Source: Raillietiella orientalis
Taxonomy: Eukaryota
NCBI GenBank assembly: GCA_036172245.1
Contig: JAYWIR010000017.1
Location: forward strand, 558,001-622,000
DNA: 64,000 nucleotides
Reading direction: 5' to 3'
How positions within the stretch are numbered: position 1 is the stretch's first letter; every line of letters begins with the position of its first letter. Below the pieces are notes generated by a model. That model saw only the letters and a list, made by a program, of their open reading frames with translations, was not told the DNA's origin and did not search any database. Shown here piece after piece: positions 39,100-52,426 of this stretch. A program made the translations under genes and the position numbers.

Positions 39100-39790
39100 A
39101 CTCCCTCAGAACCAGATGGGCCACTTGATGGGAGCGAAGAAAGGCGCCCTTTAGCCGAGTCTGCACTCCAAAATGCTAGAATCAGACTGGCCTCAAGCAA
39201 TCTTCGAGAGTAAGCGTGGAAGCTCAACGACAACCCTTTGTGCTGCGGCGAACCACAAAGATGGAGCCCTTTCGGCCTGCAAACAAATATCGTCCCGGAG
39301 TTGATCACAAGCAAAGTGATTTTTTTGTACGCCATCAAGCGGAATAATGAAAAAATGTGTTCTGTATCAAAAACTGTTTGTTCTTGTGAAAGCCCTTTTG
39401 GACATCTGACGTACTGCTGCTGCATGCCTGCTCCATTTTCCTCCGTGGTTTGTGATCGATATTCCCCCCATGTGCTAACTCTCGATATGGCTCCTCCTTT
39501 CTGTTTGGAAGATAATTGTTGATTCTGGAATTTTTTTGGAGACAGTGCAGGCCCTGAAGGAGCTGATGCAAATGGCTTCAATGATAGGAGTGCGTGCTGC
39601 ATGTGCTAATGAGGCTGTCATCTGCAGATGAATTCATTAATAAATTTTTTCTAATGAAGTTGTGAGCTTTTCTGCTTAGTCCGACGTTTGTTCAGCAACC
39701 TCCTTAGTAACCTGCGAACAAAAGCCATCCGATGAAAGTGAACTGAATGCATTTGTGGCACCTCTATGGCTTTGACCTCGCCCACTGAAA
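39100..39790 (-). mobile_element. Degenerate integrase remnant
   Basis: SHRGATNAFSSL..VTKEVAEQ (H2C2-like); LKPF..GP; VINSGTIFV. Confidence 0.45.
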
Positions 39791-41150
39791 GCATTATGGC
39801 GCTCTACTGCAGGCTCTTTGAAAGCAGCTGTTGTCTGCCGCAGCGTACCAGAAACGGAACGCTCTCATTGCGCGTGAACTCTACGGGAGTGGGTCGGAAA
39901 TCTGGTGATTTCACCTTTCAGCACAAGCAAACATTTTATTTATTTATTTACTTATTTTTTCGTTGCTCCTTACCCTGACTCAGGCATGCATTTTATATGT
40001 CCAGAGACCAAGGAAAGAAAAAAACATGGCTGCTGTTCCCAGCAAACATGGAAAGGAGCCATCTTTTGCTTCTTTGGAATCATCTCCAGTCCTCTCAGCT
40101 GGTGTCACATAGCTAACAGGGAGATAGACGGCTTTACAAAAACAGAAAGGAAAAAAAGAAGAGCAAGGTCATCAATAAGGACACATCTGATGCAAAATGA
40201 GCTATGACACAGTGTCTAAGCAAAGATTTTCCCTCAAAGGATTCATACCCCAAGCTCTGAGGTGGTTCTTGAATAGTCGAAGAGTAACCCAAAGAAAAAT
40301 GTTTCATTCAGATCTTCGCTTCGAACAGGTGAAACAGGAAATGAAATTGGAACGACGTTGCTGAAGAAACCCAGGATGGCCTTCGCTCCAGTCGAATCAC
40401 CTTACATGGACGTGAACTAGGAGCCTCACGTCCTCAGAGAGCATTCTTCATGCACAAATATGTGGTGGTCAGGACGACACACAAGTCAAGTGCTGTAAGT
40501 GGCATCCACATGGACCCATCCACAGTTCACCAGCTTTCCTGATGGAGCGCTGATCAGCTTGCATACGCTCAGTCAGTCGTTGTTGACCCCAAAACCTCAG
40601 TTCCTTTCCTTCTCTGTTCCTAGTACGAATTCCTCCAATCCTGGTGGCTTGCAGCGTCTTTTCGCGTGTTCAGAAGAGTCTGGAGTTACACCCTATACTT
40701 TCTTTCGCACCTCTACACGCAGAGCTCGAGCCACTGAGCGCCCCCTCTGGAACACAGCAGGGTGGTGTAGCGATCCCCCTAGATTGGAACCTTCACCGGT
40801 CATTCCAGATTTCTAGAGGCGCTCTTGCTCGACGGCAAGCTACCCGTGAGCGCTCTCCTGTTTTCCTCGATCACCCGTAACGCGAAGGTGAGTGGGGATG
40901 ATCGTTCCGATCAACATGTCAGCCGTGAAGCAACCAGGTCTGTGCTCCCTTCTTCACACCAAGAGATCCTCCGAGGCACGCCAAAGAAAAAAGCTTCCGG
41001 GAAGTTATCGGCTGAAATGATTCGCCCATGGATGACTCTCTCAAACACCAGGAAAAGCACGCGATCCTTGCGACACTTAGCACCCACAGAAATTCACAAA
41101 GAAATAAAAGACACAAACTGGTAGCTCCTACGAAATGCTTGCAATCTTCA

Positions 41151-41245
41151 CAGGACGTTTACAGAATGCTGCTCTCTGAATGTTTACTGGATATTAACAG
41201 GATGATGTTCTCTGAATGCTTACAGGGTGTTTACAGAAGACTCGT
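41151..41245 (+). repeat. Imperfect ~36-bp tandem repeat (~2.5 units)
   Basis: CAGGACGTTTACAGAATGCTGCTCTCTGAATGTTTA-like units. Confidence 0.6.
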
Positions 41246-41279
41246 GGAATACCCATGTTCACAGAATGGCTCCGGATCT

Positions 41280-41900
41280 GAAACTACTTCGAGAGGAAAG
41301 TGAATCCGCCTTGGTCACTGCATCCGTGTCTATCGCCCTTTCTCGTACAAGTCTTCGGAGCTACTTGCTGAACGAAATCCCAATTCCCAAGATGATATCC
41401 TGGGAAGCTGTGCTCTCTGTTGGAACTCTGCATGGTTTGTCGAGTGGAGAGAGTGGATCTCTGGTTGCGGATTCTGCATCTCTCGTCTGTACGCTGGAGC
41501 TGATCGCAGATCCCCTTCCGGCTGGCGCTCAGAGCACCCTTCCTTCTTGAGGCGTGGCACTCGTGTCCAGTCCAGATCCGCAGCGTTCCCTCCGGCACAT
41601 GTCTCTCTCGTGACGAGAGGCAGTCGAGGTCCATCGCGCGGCTTCCTTCTCTGCCTTGGGACCTACTTGCACGCCCAAGTCGACGAGTGCAGTGATGCTG
41701 ACGAGAACCACTCATTACTCTTGTGGATGCTCCGGATGAATTTCAGTCCCCTTGCGTGGGAAGTCACAGGAGTTTCCCTTAGCCCCGTGTCAAAAGGGAT
41801 TCCCGTGCGGGGAATCGCTTTCGGCTTTCTCCACCGTGGCCGCGCGGCGCAGCGCGAGGAGTCTGAAGGACGCTTCTTCTGTTCGGGGGGTGACGGACGC
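41280..41900 (-). mobile_element. LINE ORF2 C-terminal remnant (R1/I-like)
   Basis: LRIWTGHECH..DERCRI..QT resembles RLRTGH..CxxC..ET. Confidence 0.35.
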
Positions 41901-42249
41901 GGGCGTTCGTCATCTCCGAAAGACAAGCGCAGCAACACCATCACTGTTGCTGTCACTCCTTTCTTTTCCCTCTTAATAAAAATGATTAAAAACTGTTGGG
42001 AGGGCTCCAGAGAACGCAGGAGAAAAATTCAAACAGATCTCCCGGGACATGATGGAGTGGCGTTCGAACGGAGGGCGTTATTGGAGCCCCGTGAGCGGAA
42101 GCGATCTCTCTGCGGCAGTTTGCTTATTCGATGGGATTTTATTGGAACTGGGTTCCCGGAACGAGCTTATTGCGCGGCTGCTCCCGGGATTTCATTTCAG
42201 TGGAATTGTTGCTCACTGTAAACATCTGAATAAGGAAAGGAGGGATGAT

Positions 42250-43060
42250 TGCATTAATAAAAAAGGAAATGCATTCGGGGAAGTCAGACGGGAACCACCA
42301 ACGTTTACAAGGGGAGTCCTTCCAGGGAGGCATCTTGCGAGCTGCGAAAGACGCTGACGGAAAAGCCTGGGAATGGCATCCTCGAGAGCGCCCGAGGGCT
42401 TCCAGAGATACCCGATGCTCACAGTGTGCACGCTCGGTCTTCCCGCTGTCTCCCTTGGGGCCGCCTCGGAAGGTGGTAATCAAAGGAAGAAGAACTTCAA
42501 ACGGGAAGGAAAAGAGCTCGTGGCGCCGTCTTGAAGCAGATCCGAACAAGCAGCGAGGGTGACTTGGAATTACTCCGAGGAGCAGCTCTTCCTGGAGCGA
42601 AAGACCGCGGAGCCACGCGCCCCGGTCCGTTCGAAGGGCCCGCACGCAGCTGCCGTCTGTCGCGGACGCTGGCTCCACGAAACAGCTAAGCGCGAGCTCC
42701 AGCTCGTAGCCTGCCTGTGTGGGTCCTTTCTCCGAGCACGCCCTGCTTGGATGGTCCCGTCGCAAATACGGGCGGCTCCGGTACGCAGGGGAGCTGGCGT
42801 AGGGACAGCCCGAGTTTGAACTGCCAGCTGGCCGGAACGATTAATTCGCAGGCGCCTTTCTTGGGAAGCCCCCTTGGGAAGACGAGTCCGTCCTCTCCCC
42901 CTTTCGTGGCAGAAACGCTGCCGCTCACTGGCGGCGCAGGGAGAAAATTCCGCCTTTTTCAACGCCAGCCTCTCCAGCCCACATCGTGTCAGGCATACCT
43001 GCTCCCGGATTGTAGCGCGTGCTGCGTTTTCATCCACTCCAGAGGATGCATCCCTTCTGG
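42250..43060 (-). mobile_element. L1/Tx1-like ORF2 C-terminal remnant
   Basis: WQFKL..RQLP, decayed zinc knuckle, EELLLGV. Confidence 0.35.
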
Positions 43061-43124
43061 GTCAACCTTGATTCCGGCTATGAAACCCCAGCCAGCATGA
43101 GAGTCTGTTCGAGACGGGTCCGGA

Positions 43125-43600
43125 GGTTCCCGACGGGTCCGGCTCGACATCGCCTACGGTCACAAAAAAGAAACACGCGTGCTCATTCTGCTCAGATTGA
43201 TGCACAAATTCACTTTCCTATGAACGGTTATTCATATTTATTAACATGTATATTATGAACAGTAATGTTGTTGGAACGGATATATTCAGTGATATACATT
43301 TTATTAATGAAATTAATAAGCTGTTGATTACTTTGTTGATATATATATATATATATATTAAAGATTATAAAAAATAAATGTATCTGCTTATTCTTCATAT
43401 TCATATATGTATTTATGTAAACATTAAGATATGGATTAACACATATCATGAAGATTTTAAAAGTAAGTATATGTGCTCATTATATACATTCATATACATT
43501 AAATGAATACATAAATGTCGAATTTTTAAGAATAAAAAATAATTGTGACGAAAATAGTGGAGGGAAAATAAAAATGCAAACAAATTAAGTAAGCAAAAAG
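43125..43600 (+). mobile_element. MITE-like copy M2 (one arm)
   Basis: 43170-43350 is nearly identical to 47577-47757. Confidence 0.8.
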
Positions 43601-44209
43601 GAAAATCTGACGTATGGAAACTTAGAGAGGTTTTTTTTTTAACGTGGTAACTCCGAGACTTTTATTTAACAAAGATAAACCACTAGTCAGAGGGGAGCAG
43701 AGTCCCCTGAATACAAGAGATGCAAAGAAAAAAAAGAAAGTTCATTACGAATGACCACTGGCACGCAGGCCGGCTTTTATAAAAAGTAGCTCCTATGAAA
43801 AGTTTGTTGGTAGCAGAGGAAGGCGACAGCAAAATAAATAAATAAAAAGACGAGCGCTGCAGCCCAATAGGAGGTGGGGACAGGGGCCTTTGGTGTTATT
43901 CGTTTCTTTCTTCTTAAGAATGGCTGTGCATGGTGGCGATCTCTCTGGAGACTTTTTCTAGCAGCCGTCCTCAACCAGGCAGCTGCCATGCTGTTGGCCT
44001 CCCTTCGCTGAGAACGAGACCCCAGCACGGAGAGGGCTGTGACAGTGGCTCGGAGACAACAGATCGTTGCCATCGCAGCGCCCACTTCCTGCAGATGGCT
44101 TTGAGGTGGCCCCACCTGGAAAGGGAGAAGGAGGAACTCGCTGAAATCCTTCAACGGATACAGAGGCCTCACCCACCACGAAATGTGACCCCTTCCCTTC
44201 CCCCCAACT

Positions 44210-45560
44210 AATTTTTTTTGTTAGTTTTTATTGTTTGTTATAGTTTGTTTCCTTTTTTTCTATTTTGTTTCATGCTCCTCCCCTTCGTGGACATGATGGA
44301 CCTCGCCACCCCCTGATCTTTTTTTAGTGCAATAATTGGGATCGGTGGGCCTTTTGGCTCCATCGATCCCTGTAAGAGAAATAAACGCCTCGGTGCACCC
44401 GGGTGTGAAATCCAGCCCTCCACGCGTGAAGTGCCACAGCAAGTCCGAAGCAGAGGGGTCCTGCGGATGATGGACCCACGAAGAGTATCCGACGCATGCC
44501 TTTCAGAGCGCTGCAGCCCAATAGGAGGTGTGGGAACGATTCATCGCCCACACCTTAAACAGCTCGAGAAGGCAACTCTCCTGGAAACCAGGTGCCTGTA
44601 CTGGAGTCCCCAGTGCAGAAGCAGCAGGATATCCCGTTTCCACCGCACACAGGCACACAGTACCACGAGTACTTCGGAAGGTACACCGAGCAGGTCACTA
44701 TACCGTAAGACTCCTTTTTCCCGGAAGAGAAGTGACGCCGTCCACAGAGTTCTTTGACTTTTGTAGTTTTGCAGGAGAACTCCCACCCTTCCTGGTTGGC
44801 TGCTGTCATTGCTTGCCCTGAGGGCAGACAGTGCTGCGGTAAGAGATTTGATGTCTAACCGGGGAAATGCCATCCAGTCTTGCAGATTTTCCAGCGGCTT
44901 GCATAAGAGTTTCTGCAGCGGATGAACTTCCTCTGGGCTCACCTCCAGAGTGGCAACTCTGGACTCCAGCGCTTCCTGCCGCCAGGAGTCCCAGTTTCGA
45001 AGCGGTAGATCTCCTCACATTACTGTATCCTCGTTACCTAGCAGTGCACTTCTGTTCCCACATTTTTTCTTGGGGGTCACCGTAAGCAGACGGAAGGTCC
45101 AGAGGCAGTTTCGTGCTTGTGGTGCAAATTGTCCAATTGAGGAAAACACCTGGCCTCTTCAGCTCCAAAGTGCCGAATCCATAAAGTCTTGGCAGGCAGG
45201 GAGAAGGCGTTGCTCCATATCCAGCATCTTTCGATGAGCACCGTCGTCTTCCACCTTTGAAAGAAGCAGTGCGGAGCAGCAGCTCGCCCCACGGCAAATC
45301 TGCCTGCCTCTTTCAGCCCCGGAACATGACTGCTTCATCTGTGGCGTGCTGCTCGAATCATCTCAAAGCATCGCAGCAGGTTCCGCCTTTGGAAGCTCTC
45401 CAAGGCAGTCGGAACACTGCGGAGGGCTCAGCCGAAGAGGAGGAAATGACTTCTTGCCTCCTACGAGCTTGGGTCCGCATCATTCTCCAAACAGCGAAGC
45501 CCTGCTTTCTCCAAACCTTCGGCAGAACTGACCAACGTGCCCTCCTTGTCCAGGAGAAGC
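44210..45560 (-). mobile_element. L1/Tx1-like LINE 3' remnant with A-rich tail
   Basis: WSNAFSLPAKTLWI, KLGLL, KRDILLLLHWGL..SCLRCG/DESFPHLLLGC (CCHC); A-rich tail on the minus strand at ~44210-44270. Confidence 0.6.
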
Positions 45561-45582
45561 GACCCTCTACTGAAGTTCCAGC

Positions 45583-45928
45583 TGCCGATCAAATTCCAGA
45601 ACGCCTAAATCTCGAAAGATCATAAAAAACAAACACATGTTCTATATGTTTGTCTATAAATTCATGTGCAAATTTATTTTAGCATGCATATTAATTAATA
45701 TTCATTGATATACATCTCACTGATAGTGATAGTGTTTTAACATATATATTTATTAATATTTATAAACATACATATTATTGATGTAATCAATAATATGTCT
45801 ATTATGCATGTTGATATATGTATTCATATTGAGATTAATATACATTATGAGGATTATAAAAATAAATGCATATGTTCATTATATATATTGATATATATAT
45901 CATATTTTCAGGATTTTGATCGTTTGAT
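45583..45928 (+). mobile_element. MITE-like copy M3
   Basis: Left end CGATCAAATTCCAGAA..CGAAAGATCATAAAAAA; right end CAGGATTTTGATCG. Confidence 0.65.
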
Positions 45929-46029
45929 AAATATACTCAGTATTTGTACATCCGTTTAATATATAATATTACATATATAAACATGCCTTTATATTTATTT
46001 TTATGGTTTCCAATATATAGGGGAGCCAT

Positions 46030-46470
46030 CTCCCTCCCCTTGAAGGGGGGGGAGGGCCTCGTACCATGGAGAGGCATCATCAATGCACCAGGCATTGATG
46101 ATGCCTCTCCAGAGTGTCAGAAGCGCGCTGCTCCCTTCGGAGGAAATTCGGACGCGTCCCTTCGGGGTTCTCTTCAGAGAAAGAAACAAGGAGCAAATCC
46201 TTTCGGGAGGATCCTTCCGGAGAAGAAACAGTGGAGAGGCCCCCTCCAGGGGGTCCCTCCGGAGAGAATGGGGAAGAGTTTGCCTTCGGGACTCTCTCCC
46301 AAGCCATGAGAGCAGCGGACTCCTGCTTCCGAAGATCTTCCTGGATTCATAGGGCGGTCCCCTCCCGAAGCACCCATCAACTTGAAGAGCCAAATGAACC
46401 TTTGGGTAACGTGGACAGTGTCATAGAGTTTCGTGAGCCGCCAGGCGAACGACGGTTCTTGAGTGTTTAG
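46030..46470 (+). mobile_element. SINE copy D (5' truncated)
   Basis: CTCGTACCATGG..CCTCTCCAGAGTG body, internal repeats, tail GTTTCGTGAGCC..ACGGTTCTT. Confidence 0.75.
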
Positions 46471-46499
46471 CGGTCTCCGAGGTGATGTATCCCTCTCTA

Positions 46500-47170
46500 G
46501 ATGGCGTATCTCGCTCCTCCACCACCCAGGTGTTATGAAGTGGAGACGATGAAGGAGCCAGTCAGCTGTTCCTCCCAGGGAGAAGAATCGGGCCTCTTTA
46601 TGCAAAAGGGATGCTCACCACCTCTTCACGGTGTTCAGGGGGGGAGCGACAGGGCGTTCGTTCGTTTCCGCCATCTGCATCCAAGGAAACGTTCAGTTCC
46701 TGCCTCACTTGCCTCTTGACGCGGGTGGGTCGCTCATCCCGATGATGGCGTACGAAATGACAATCGCATGGACTCACCGTGCCGTCGGGCTGACTCCAAG
46801 TTTCCCGAGTGCAGTGCCATCTCGCATTTCATTCCTCCTGCCCCGTCACCTCGTCTCGGTGGGTGGGCACCGGGGCACCCGTCATCTATTTCCTCTCGCA
46901 CCTGGGGAGTCCTGAATACTTCGTCCCGGGCTTTCGATGATCCCATCAGGACACCTCTGGCAGCTCCTCGCCTGATTCCCTTTCCTTCCACAAACTCGGG
47001 ATGATCTGCGAGAATTTCGAAAGAGATTTGGTTCCAGGACGAGACTTCCCGAACCCAGCTTCACGCTTAGGCCATTAAGGCAGTTTCCTTCCAGGATCGG
47101 TGAAGTCGTGCTTCCCTGTCGAGCTAAGCAACGTGCTGTGCAACACCTCCTGAAAAATCTTATATCCCAA
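46500..47170 (-). mobile_element. R2/NeSL-like (RLE) LINE C-terminal remnant
   Basis: VKLGSGSL..RSCQRC..ESPGRSIQDSP (decayed CCHC), then QPD (PD..D-like). Confidence 0.45.
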
Positions 47171-47549
47171 ACCAATGTGGAAGGAATTCTGGAATCACAG
47201 AAATGAGCTCAGTCAGCTGATTTGGATTACAGGTACTCCGCGGTTCGACCCAATCGGGAATTCCCCGCCCGCATCCGCTTCCTTAGAGGAAAGATCAACA
47301 CAAGCATCTACCAACCTGTGTACATATACAAATGTGTCCACCGTGCATGAGTTCCAGAAAAAAATGTTTCACTTTGCTCTGCATGCATGAACATAAATGT
47401 ATATGGATGCGTGCATATGTATATCTTTGAATACATAAACAAATGCAATGCATATCTCATAATGCATGATCATAGATGAATGTATACAATAAGCATACGG
47501 AGAGACCGTGTATGTACATACGCGTATGTGTACGTAAGTTGTCACATGG

Positions 47550-48440
47550 GTCTAGTCCAAAACCCCGAACGAAAGGAAACACGCGTGCTCATTCTGCACA
47601 GATTGATGCACAAATTCACTTTCCTATGATCGGTTATCCATATTTATCAACATGCATATTATGAACAGTAATGTTATTGGAACGGATATATTCAGTGATA
47701 TACATTTTTATTAATGAAATTAATAAGCTGTTGATTACTTTGTTGATATATATATATATGTATGTATGTATTGAAGATCACAAAAAATATATATGAGTGT
47801 TTATTATATATATTCACGTATGTATTTATATAGATTAAATGAATAGATATATATCGAATTTTTAAAAATAAAATGTAATTGCGGCGAAAATAGTAAATAG
47901 AAATAGAAAAAATAAAACTGCCAACAAACCAAATAAAACAAAAAGAAAAATTTCATATTGACGCACCCACTAAATATATATTCCTTGTATATAGAAAATC
48001 ACCTGCATAATATAAATAGACACATATACATATGTATGTATGTATATGTGTATATATACATATATATAGAGAAATATGTATACATATTCTCTCTCTTTCT
48101 ATATATATATATTTCACATTTCTATATATATACAATATATTTATATTCATATATATATTTGTATTATCTACACATGTTGATAAATATTGATGTATATAAT
48201 AAGCATATATGTATTCATTTTTTATAATCCTCATATCATATATCAACAATATAACCAGCAACTTAAACATACTAATCAACTCCATATCAATAAATCCTCA
48301 TATATACATATGTTCCAATAATATTACTGTTCCTCATATGCATGTTAATGAAAATCCAGAATTGTGCATATATTTTGCATGTTCATCTACGGACAATAAG
48401 TTTATTTTTTATGGTCTTTCGGGATTTTGATCATTGCCGG
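47550..48440. mobile_element. MITE-like copy M4; foldback with long inverted arms
   Basis: Left CAACATGCATATTATGAACAGTAATGTTATTGGAAC is matched in reverse at ~48310-48350; right end GGTCTTTCGGGATTTTGATCATTGCCGG. Confidence 0.75.
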
Positions 48441-48459
48441 AAGCACATGTGCGTCTGCG

Positions 48460-48990
48460 CCTGCATCTGCGTTTAAACACCTTCAATTTACACACACGGA
48501 TGTTGTGCATGCCACACATTTATGCTTAACACTTCAGGCACAGGAAAAGTGTACAAATTGGTGGCGGCATGTTTTCGGTGAATCAGTCCGCTCAGTGTAC
48601 TTGTACAGAAGGTTAAACTGTACTTGCTCAAGTCTTCGTACAAATGCACGCTGTTCTTGTCTGCTGAGTGAATCGATCAGCCCTCACAGAAAGTTACGTT
48701 TCAAATGCCCGAAAGGATTCCAAAAGGACATTTGGACGTTGAGGAAGTTTCGTTTGAAAGGCCCGAAAGGATTCCAAAAGGACATTTGGACGTTGAGGAA
48801 GTTTCGTTTGAAAGGCCCGAAAGGATTCCAAAAGGACATTTGGACGTTGCAGCACAGTAGTTGACCTTTTTCCCTCCATCGCGGTCCGTGCGCGGGCACG
48901 ACGATATATTTCTTGGATTTTCTCAAAAAATTGGACTGCAAGGATGGAAGGACTTTTTTGCGTTTTGGATTGAGCACCTTGGACTGGAAA
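48460..48990 (-). mobile_element. piggyBac transposase C-terminal remnant
   Basis: QRAFVRRL, then KHKCVACTTSVCVN*RC (cysteine-rich-domain-like). Confidence 0.4.
48687..48848 (+). repeat. 54-bp tandem repeat x3
   Basis: Units 48741-48794 and 48795-48848 are identical; unit 1 has 5 mismatches. Confidence 0.95.
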
Positions 48991-50099
48991 AACATGCATT
49001 GGTCTTACCGTCTGAAAGTCTCAGAGGGGTAATTAAGGCCTAGTTTGATGACCCAAAAAAAAGAAAATGGAAAATGCAGAAGAGTAATGTAGGCGAATTT
49101 GCGAGCGTTTCACCTAATGGGCTAAAGCAGCTCGTAAGGAATGAAGAAAATGTGCGAAAGGCCGAAGAAGCTGACTTCAAAACGAGCTGTTTGATATGGG
49201 AGATTGGTCCAGGAATAATTGCCAGGGATCCTCCACTGAGTAAAGTTATGAAGGAAAAAAAGCTTATTTTTGCACATATGAGTTCTGAAGTGCTCGGTGG
49301 TCCTTCTAAAAGTTCCAGAAAAAGTTTCTATAAGATTTTTTTTTTGATTGATATTAAATATTATAATTCTATATTAGCCGAGATGCCGTTCTACAATGTA
49401 TGCTTTCTCTTACCAACTTCTTTCATGCACTATTTATTCGATGGGTCTGCAAAGAACTGCTCTTCGTTTCTTTTATTTCCGTTATTTCTCCTACTCTTAC
49501 ATCTCCTGCATTTGCGTTTCTGCTGATTGATGTTTGTCGTTCTTGCTTGTGTCGCACGTCATTATGATATGACCTTGTCCAGTTTTCTGCACTCAAACAA
49601 GGAAGTTGACCTTTCTCTGTTTTGTTTTCGATTAGCCTTTTAGCAAACGGACTTGTTCGTTCAACTTCCGTGTTTAACGTCTTGAAATGTCATCCGATGA
49701 TTTGTACCATTCTATTCGGGAACCATCGGCAACTTTGAATTCATTTTTCTGTCTGCATGCATTGGAAAGCCCTCAAGCAAACAAACGAGAAACGTGTCGA
49801 AAGAGAAATTCGGCGTCAAAGCAATTTTCAGTATAGCGTGATAGGTGGGATTCTGCATTTTTCTTTCTGATTGCAGTAAGGTGCAATGATTTTTTGTTTG
49901 TTCATTTGTTCGTTGTTTTTTTGTTCAACTCCTGAGATATGAAACCTACAAGCATATCCCTTTACTTCAAACACTGAATGATGAATGATCGTGAGATATT
50001 TTCATGAGATGCATATGAGAAAAGGATTCAGTGTTCATAAACGTGAGGTAGAACACAAATAAAAGGCCAATAATTTAATGGTTAATAATGTTTGTGTCA

Positions 50100-50980
50100 A
50101 ACACCGGAAGGCGTTACCCGACTAAAATCGAGAACATTTGGTGTTGTTGGCGGCATCTGCCAACAGTTCACTGTACTAGCACTTTTGTGAAACGTACGAC
50201 AGAGGGAAGCACACTTTCGTTTTTGAACATTTTTCGATTGTTCTGGCCATCCGCGTTTAAATCTTTGGCAAAACAGTCTCTAAATCTGCTCGCTTCTGTT
50301 TTCCATGGAATCTGTTTTATGTTCTTACCATCATCTTGGACGCTCGAATCACGAAATAAAGAAACAAACCTTAAAAGCAAGAAAACGATGGGATGGCACG
50401 TAGTTTACAGCGCACGACGTGAACTATTTATAGGTATTTTTTTATGATGGACATGGTAAAGTGACCTTTATCACCACAATCTCTTCAAAGTGTAAGAAAT
50501 TCAGCTAAGTGAGCACTTGGAAGGCTGCTATGTAGCGTTGGCTCACGTTCATGCTGTCCTGAATGGAAAAACCTGGAGGATTTTTCAAGAGGAGGAAATT
50601 TAGAAGCCTGCTTGTTACAAAAGCCTGAGATATTTTTCTGGGCATTACAAAAATGGAGATGCCAGAGCAGAGTCCCACCGAAATCCATGATAGCCAGAAA
50701 AGTTTGGGGATTCAGAGTCTGGAGCGACTTTCGATGGTCACGGAAGCGGCGGCCGTTTTTTCCAGCGGTTACGAATGCTTTTTCATGGAATCGAGATCTT
50801 TCTCACCTTTTTTCCAAAGTTAGAAAGTGAGCAGGAATCTAAATATGCGATGTTTGGAAATAAATCTACTAAATCATGTAAGACCATTCGAAGAATACCA
50901 ATGTTTCGAGGAAGCATTTCGCATCTCAAGAGGGTTTGGTTTCGAGCCCTTTCGCTTCCCTTCCACTTATGCAACGACCG
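50100..50980 (-). mobile_element. Degenerate integrase remnants
   Basis: NIGILRM..LDSCSL..K; KVAPDSESPNFSGY; RFVSLFR..QDDGKN..W..NADGQNNR. Confidence 0.45.
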
Positions 50981-51669
50981 CTAAGAATCTCCATCGCTGT
51001 CCGCAAAAAACACAAAAGTGATTTCTCCAGATGTTTTTTCCTTCTTGTTTATTGCTGTTGTGAATCCATTGGATTCCAGGGACTTTTTTTCTGTCTTCCG
51101 AGATTCATCTTCCGAAACTAGGAGAGCTGAATACAAAACAGAAACGTGTCACCTAAATCGAGAAAGATTTCCTGGGTAACCGAAAACCTCTAGAGCTGAT
51201 GGAATCGGAAAAAAAAATGCGGAGATCTGATATCTTGAGACGAGATAAAGTAGCACGCTTTCTGACCCATTCCAAGATGTGAAAAGATCTAGGATTGAAA
51301 ACATCCGATGAGTATCTCTTGAAGTACAAGTCGCAGCTGCTGGTATGGGCCAAATCATTGAAGGATGCAGAATCTACGGAGCTGCCAGAAGAAAATCAGT
51401 GCATTGGAACCATGGTGTCTGCCTCCACTGAGATCAAGTAGATCGACTCAGCTGGAAGGCTGCCTTTTCTGCGTCCAAGTTGAAGGGTAAGAACTGCTCC
51501 TTGGGAAAAAGGGAATCTCAGTAAGGAATTTCGCTCCATGCATTGCTAATTTGTTGGTTGCCGTGGTGAACAGGCAAGGAAACAATAACTAGTCTTCTCC
51601 AGATCAGTTATTCCTAATAAACACGGGTGTAATCTGCCACTGATCACCAAGCTTGGCTAAAATTCTGCG

Positions 51670-52230
51670 GTGCTCCATGAGGAAAAATCAAATATTTGGC
51701 TTGTGAAATCACCGAGCGCCACACTCACATACACCTCATGCCATTCGTGGATCAACATCAAAGGGCCATCCCTTGCTTGCATTGTAGTATCGGCACAAAA
51801 AGACCAAACCGAGGACTCTGGTTTCCCACTTTCTCTCAGACGAGTTCGGTGGCCTTCCTGCCTAACGAAATTTGTTGCAGATCCGTATCCAGCATCCGGA
51901 TTCTTGACAGTCCTCCTCGCTTTCCTCCTCGCACAGGAGCAAGAGCGAAAGCTCTTGGTGCAAGATGCTCTCTCCGCAATAAACAGCATCTTTCAACAGT
52001 TCCCAAGCTGCCATCATGATATTTCTTGAGAGTTGGAACAGGAATAGCCAAATACTGTCTCGACATACGCGATGCGCATGCGAGTCTTTGAAAAGTGTTC
52101 CGAGTGCCCTGGAATTGACTGGGGGACAATTAGCGCCGTGGGAGTGGAGGAGAGTATTTCAGTGGCAGATTCGAATTGGACGAAACGGCCAGGCAGATAG
52201 TAAACAGAATCTTCCATCCTACGACATCTT
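51670..52230 (+). mobile_element. Degenerate integrase (H2C2 + core) remnant
   Basis: WINIK..ACIV..PL..RWP..FVADPYPASGFLTVLL..IFQQFP; long single frame with few stops. Confidence 0.45.
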
Positions 52231-52426
52231 TCTTACCTGATTCCTTCTTCAGCTTCACCTTTTCTTACCTTCTCCATGACGACAGGGCCCTCACTGCACT
52301 AAGGTCCCTCAATGTGGTCAGCGTTCGTCAACGGACGCTACGAGGCTCTATCCCGTGATGAGAAACGTCATCAAGCCTCATCGGGGGGAGAACCCAGGGA
52401 GTGCACCCACTGAGGAATAGTGGGGA

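Noticed and set aside
41547..43100. Long ORFs (150-224 aa) as host genes; also 4013-4681, 5838-6601 and 61893-62589
   Set aside because: Overlapping frames in GC-rich repeat DNA with no coherent protein; chance ORFs.
48687..48848. CRISPR-like array
   Set aside because: Head-to-tail units without spacers; no cas genes; eukaryotic context.
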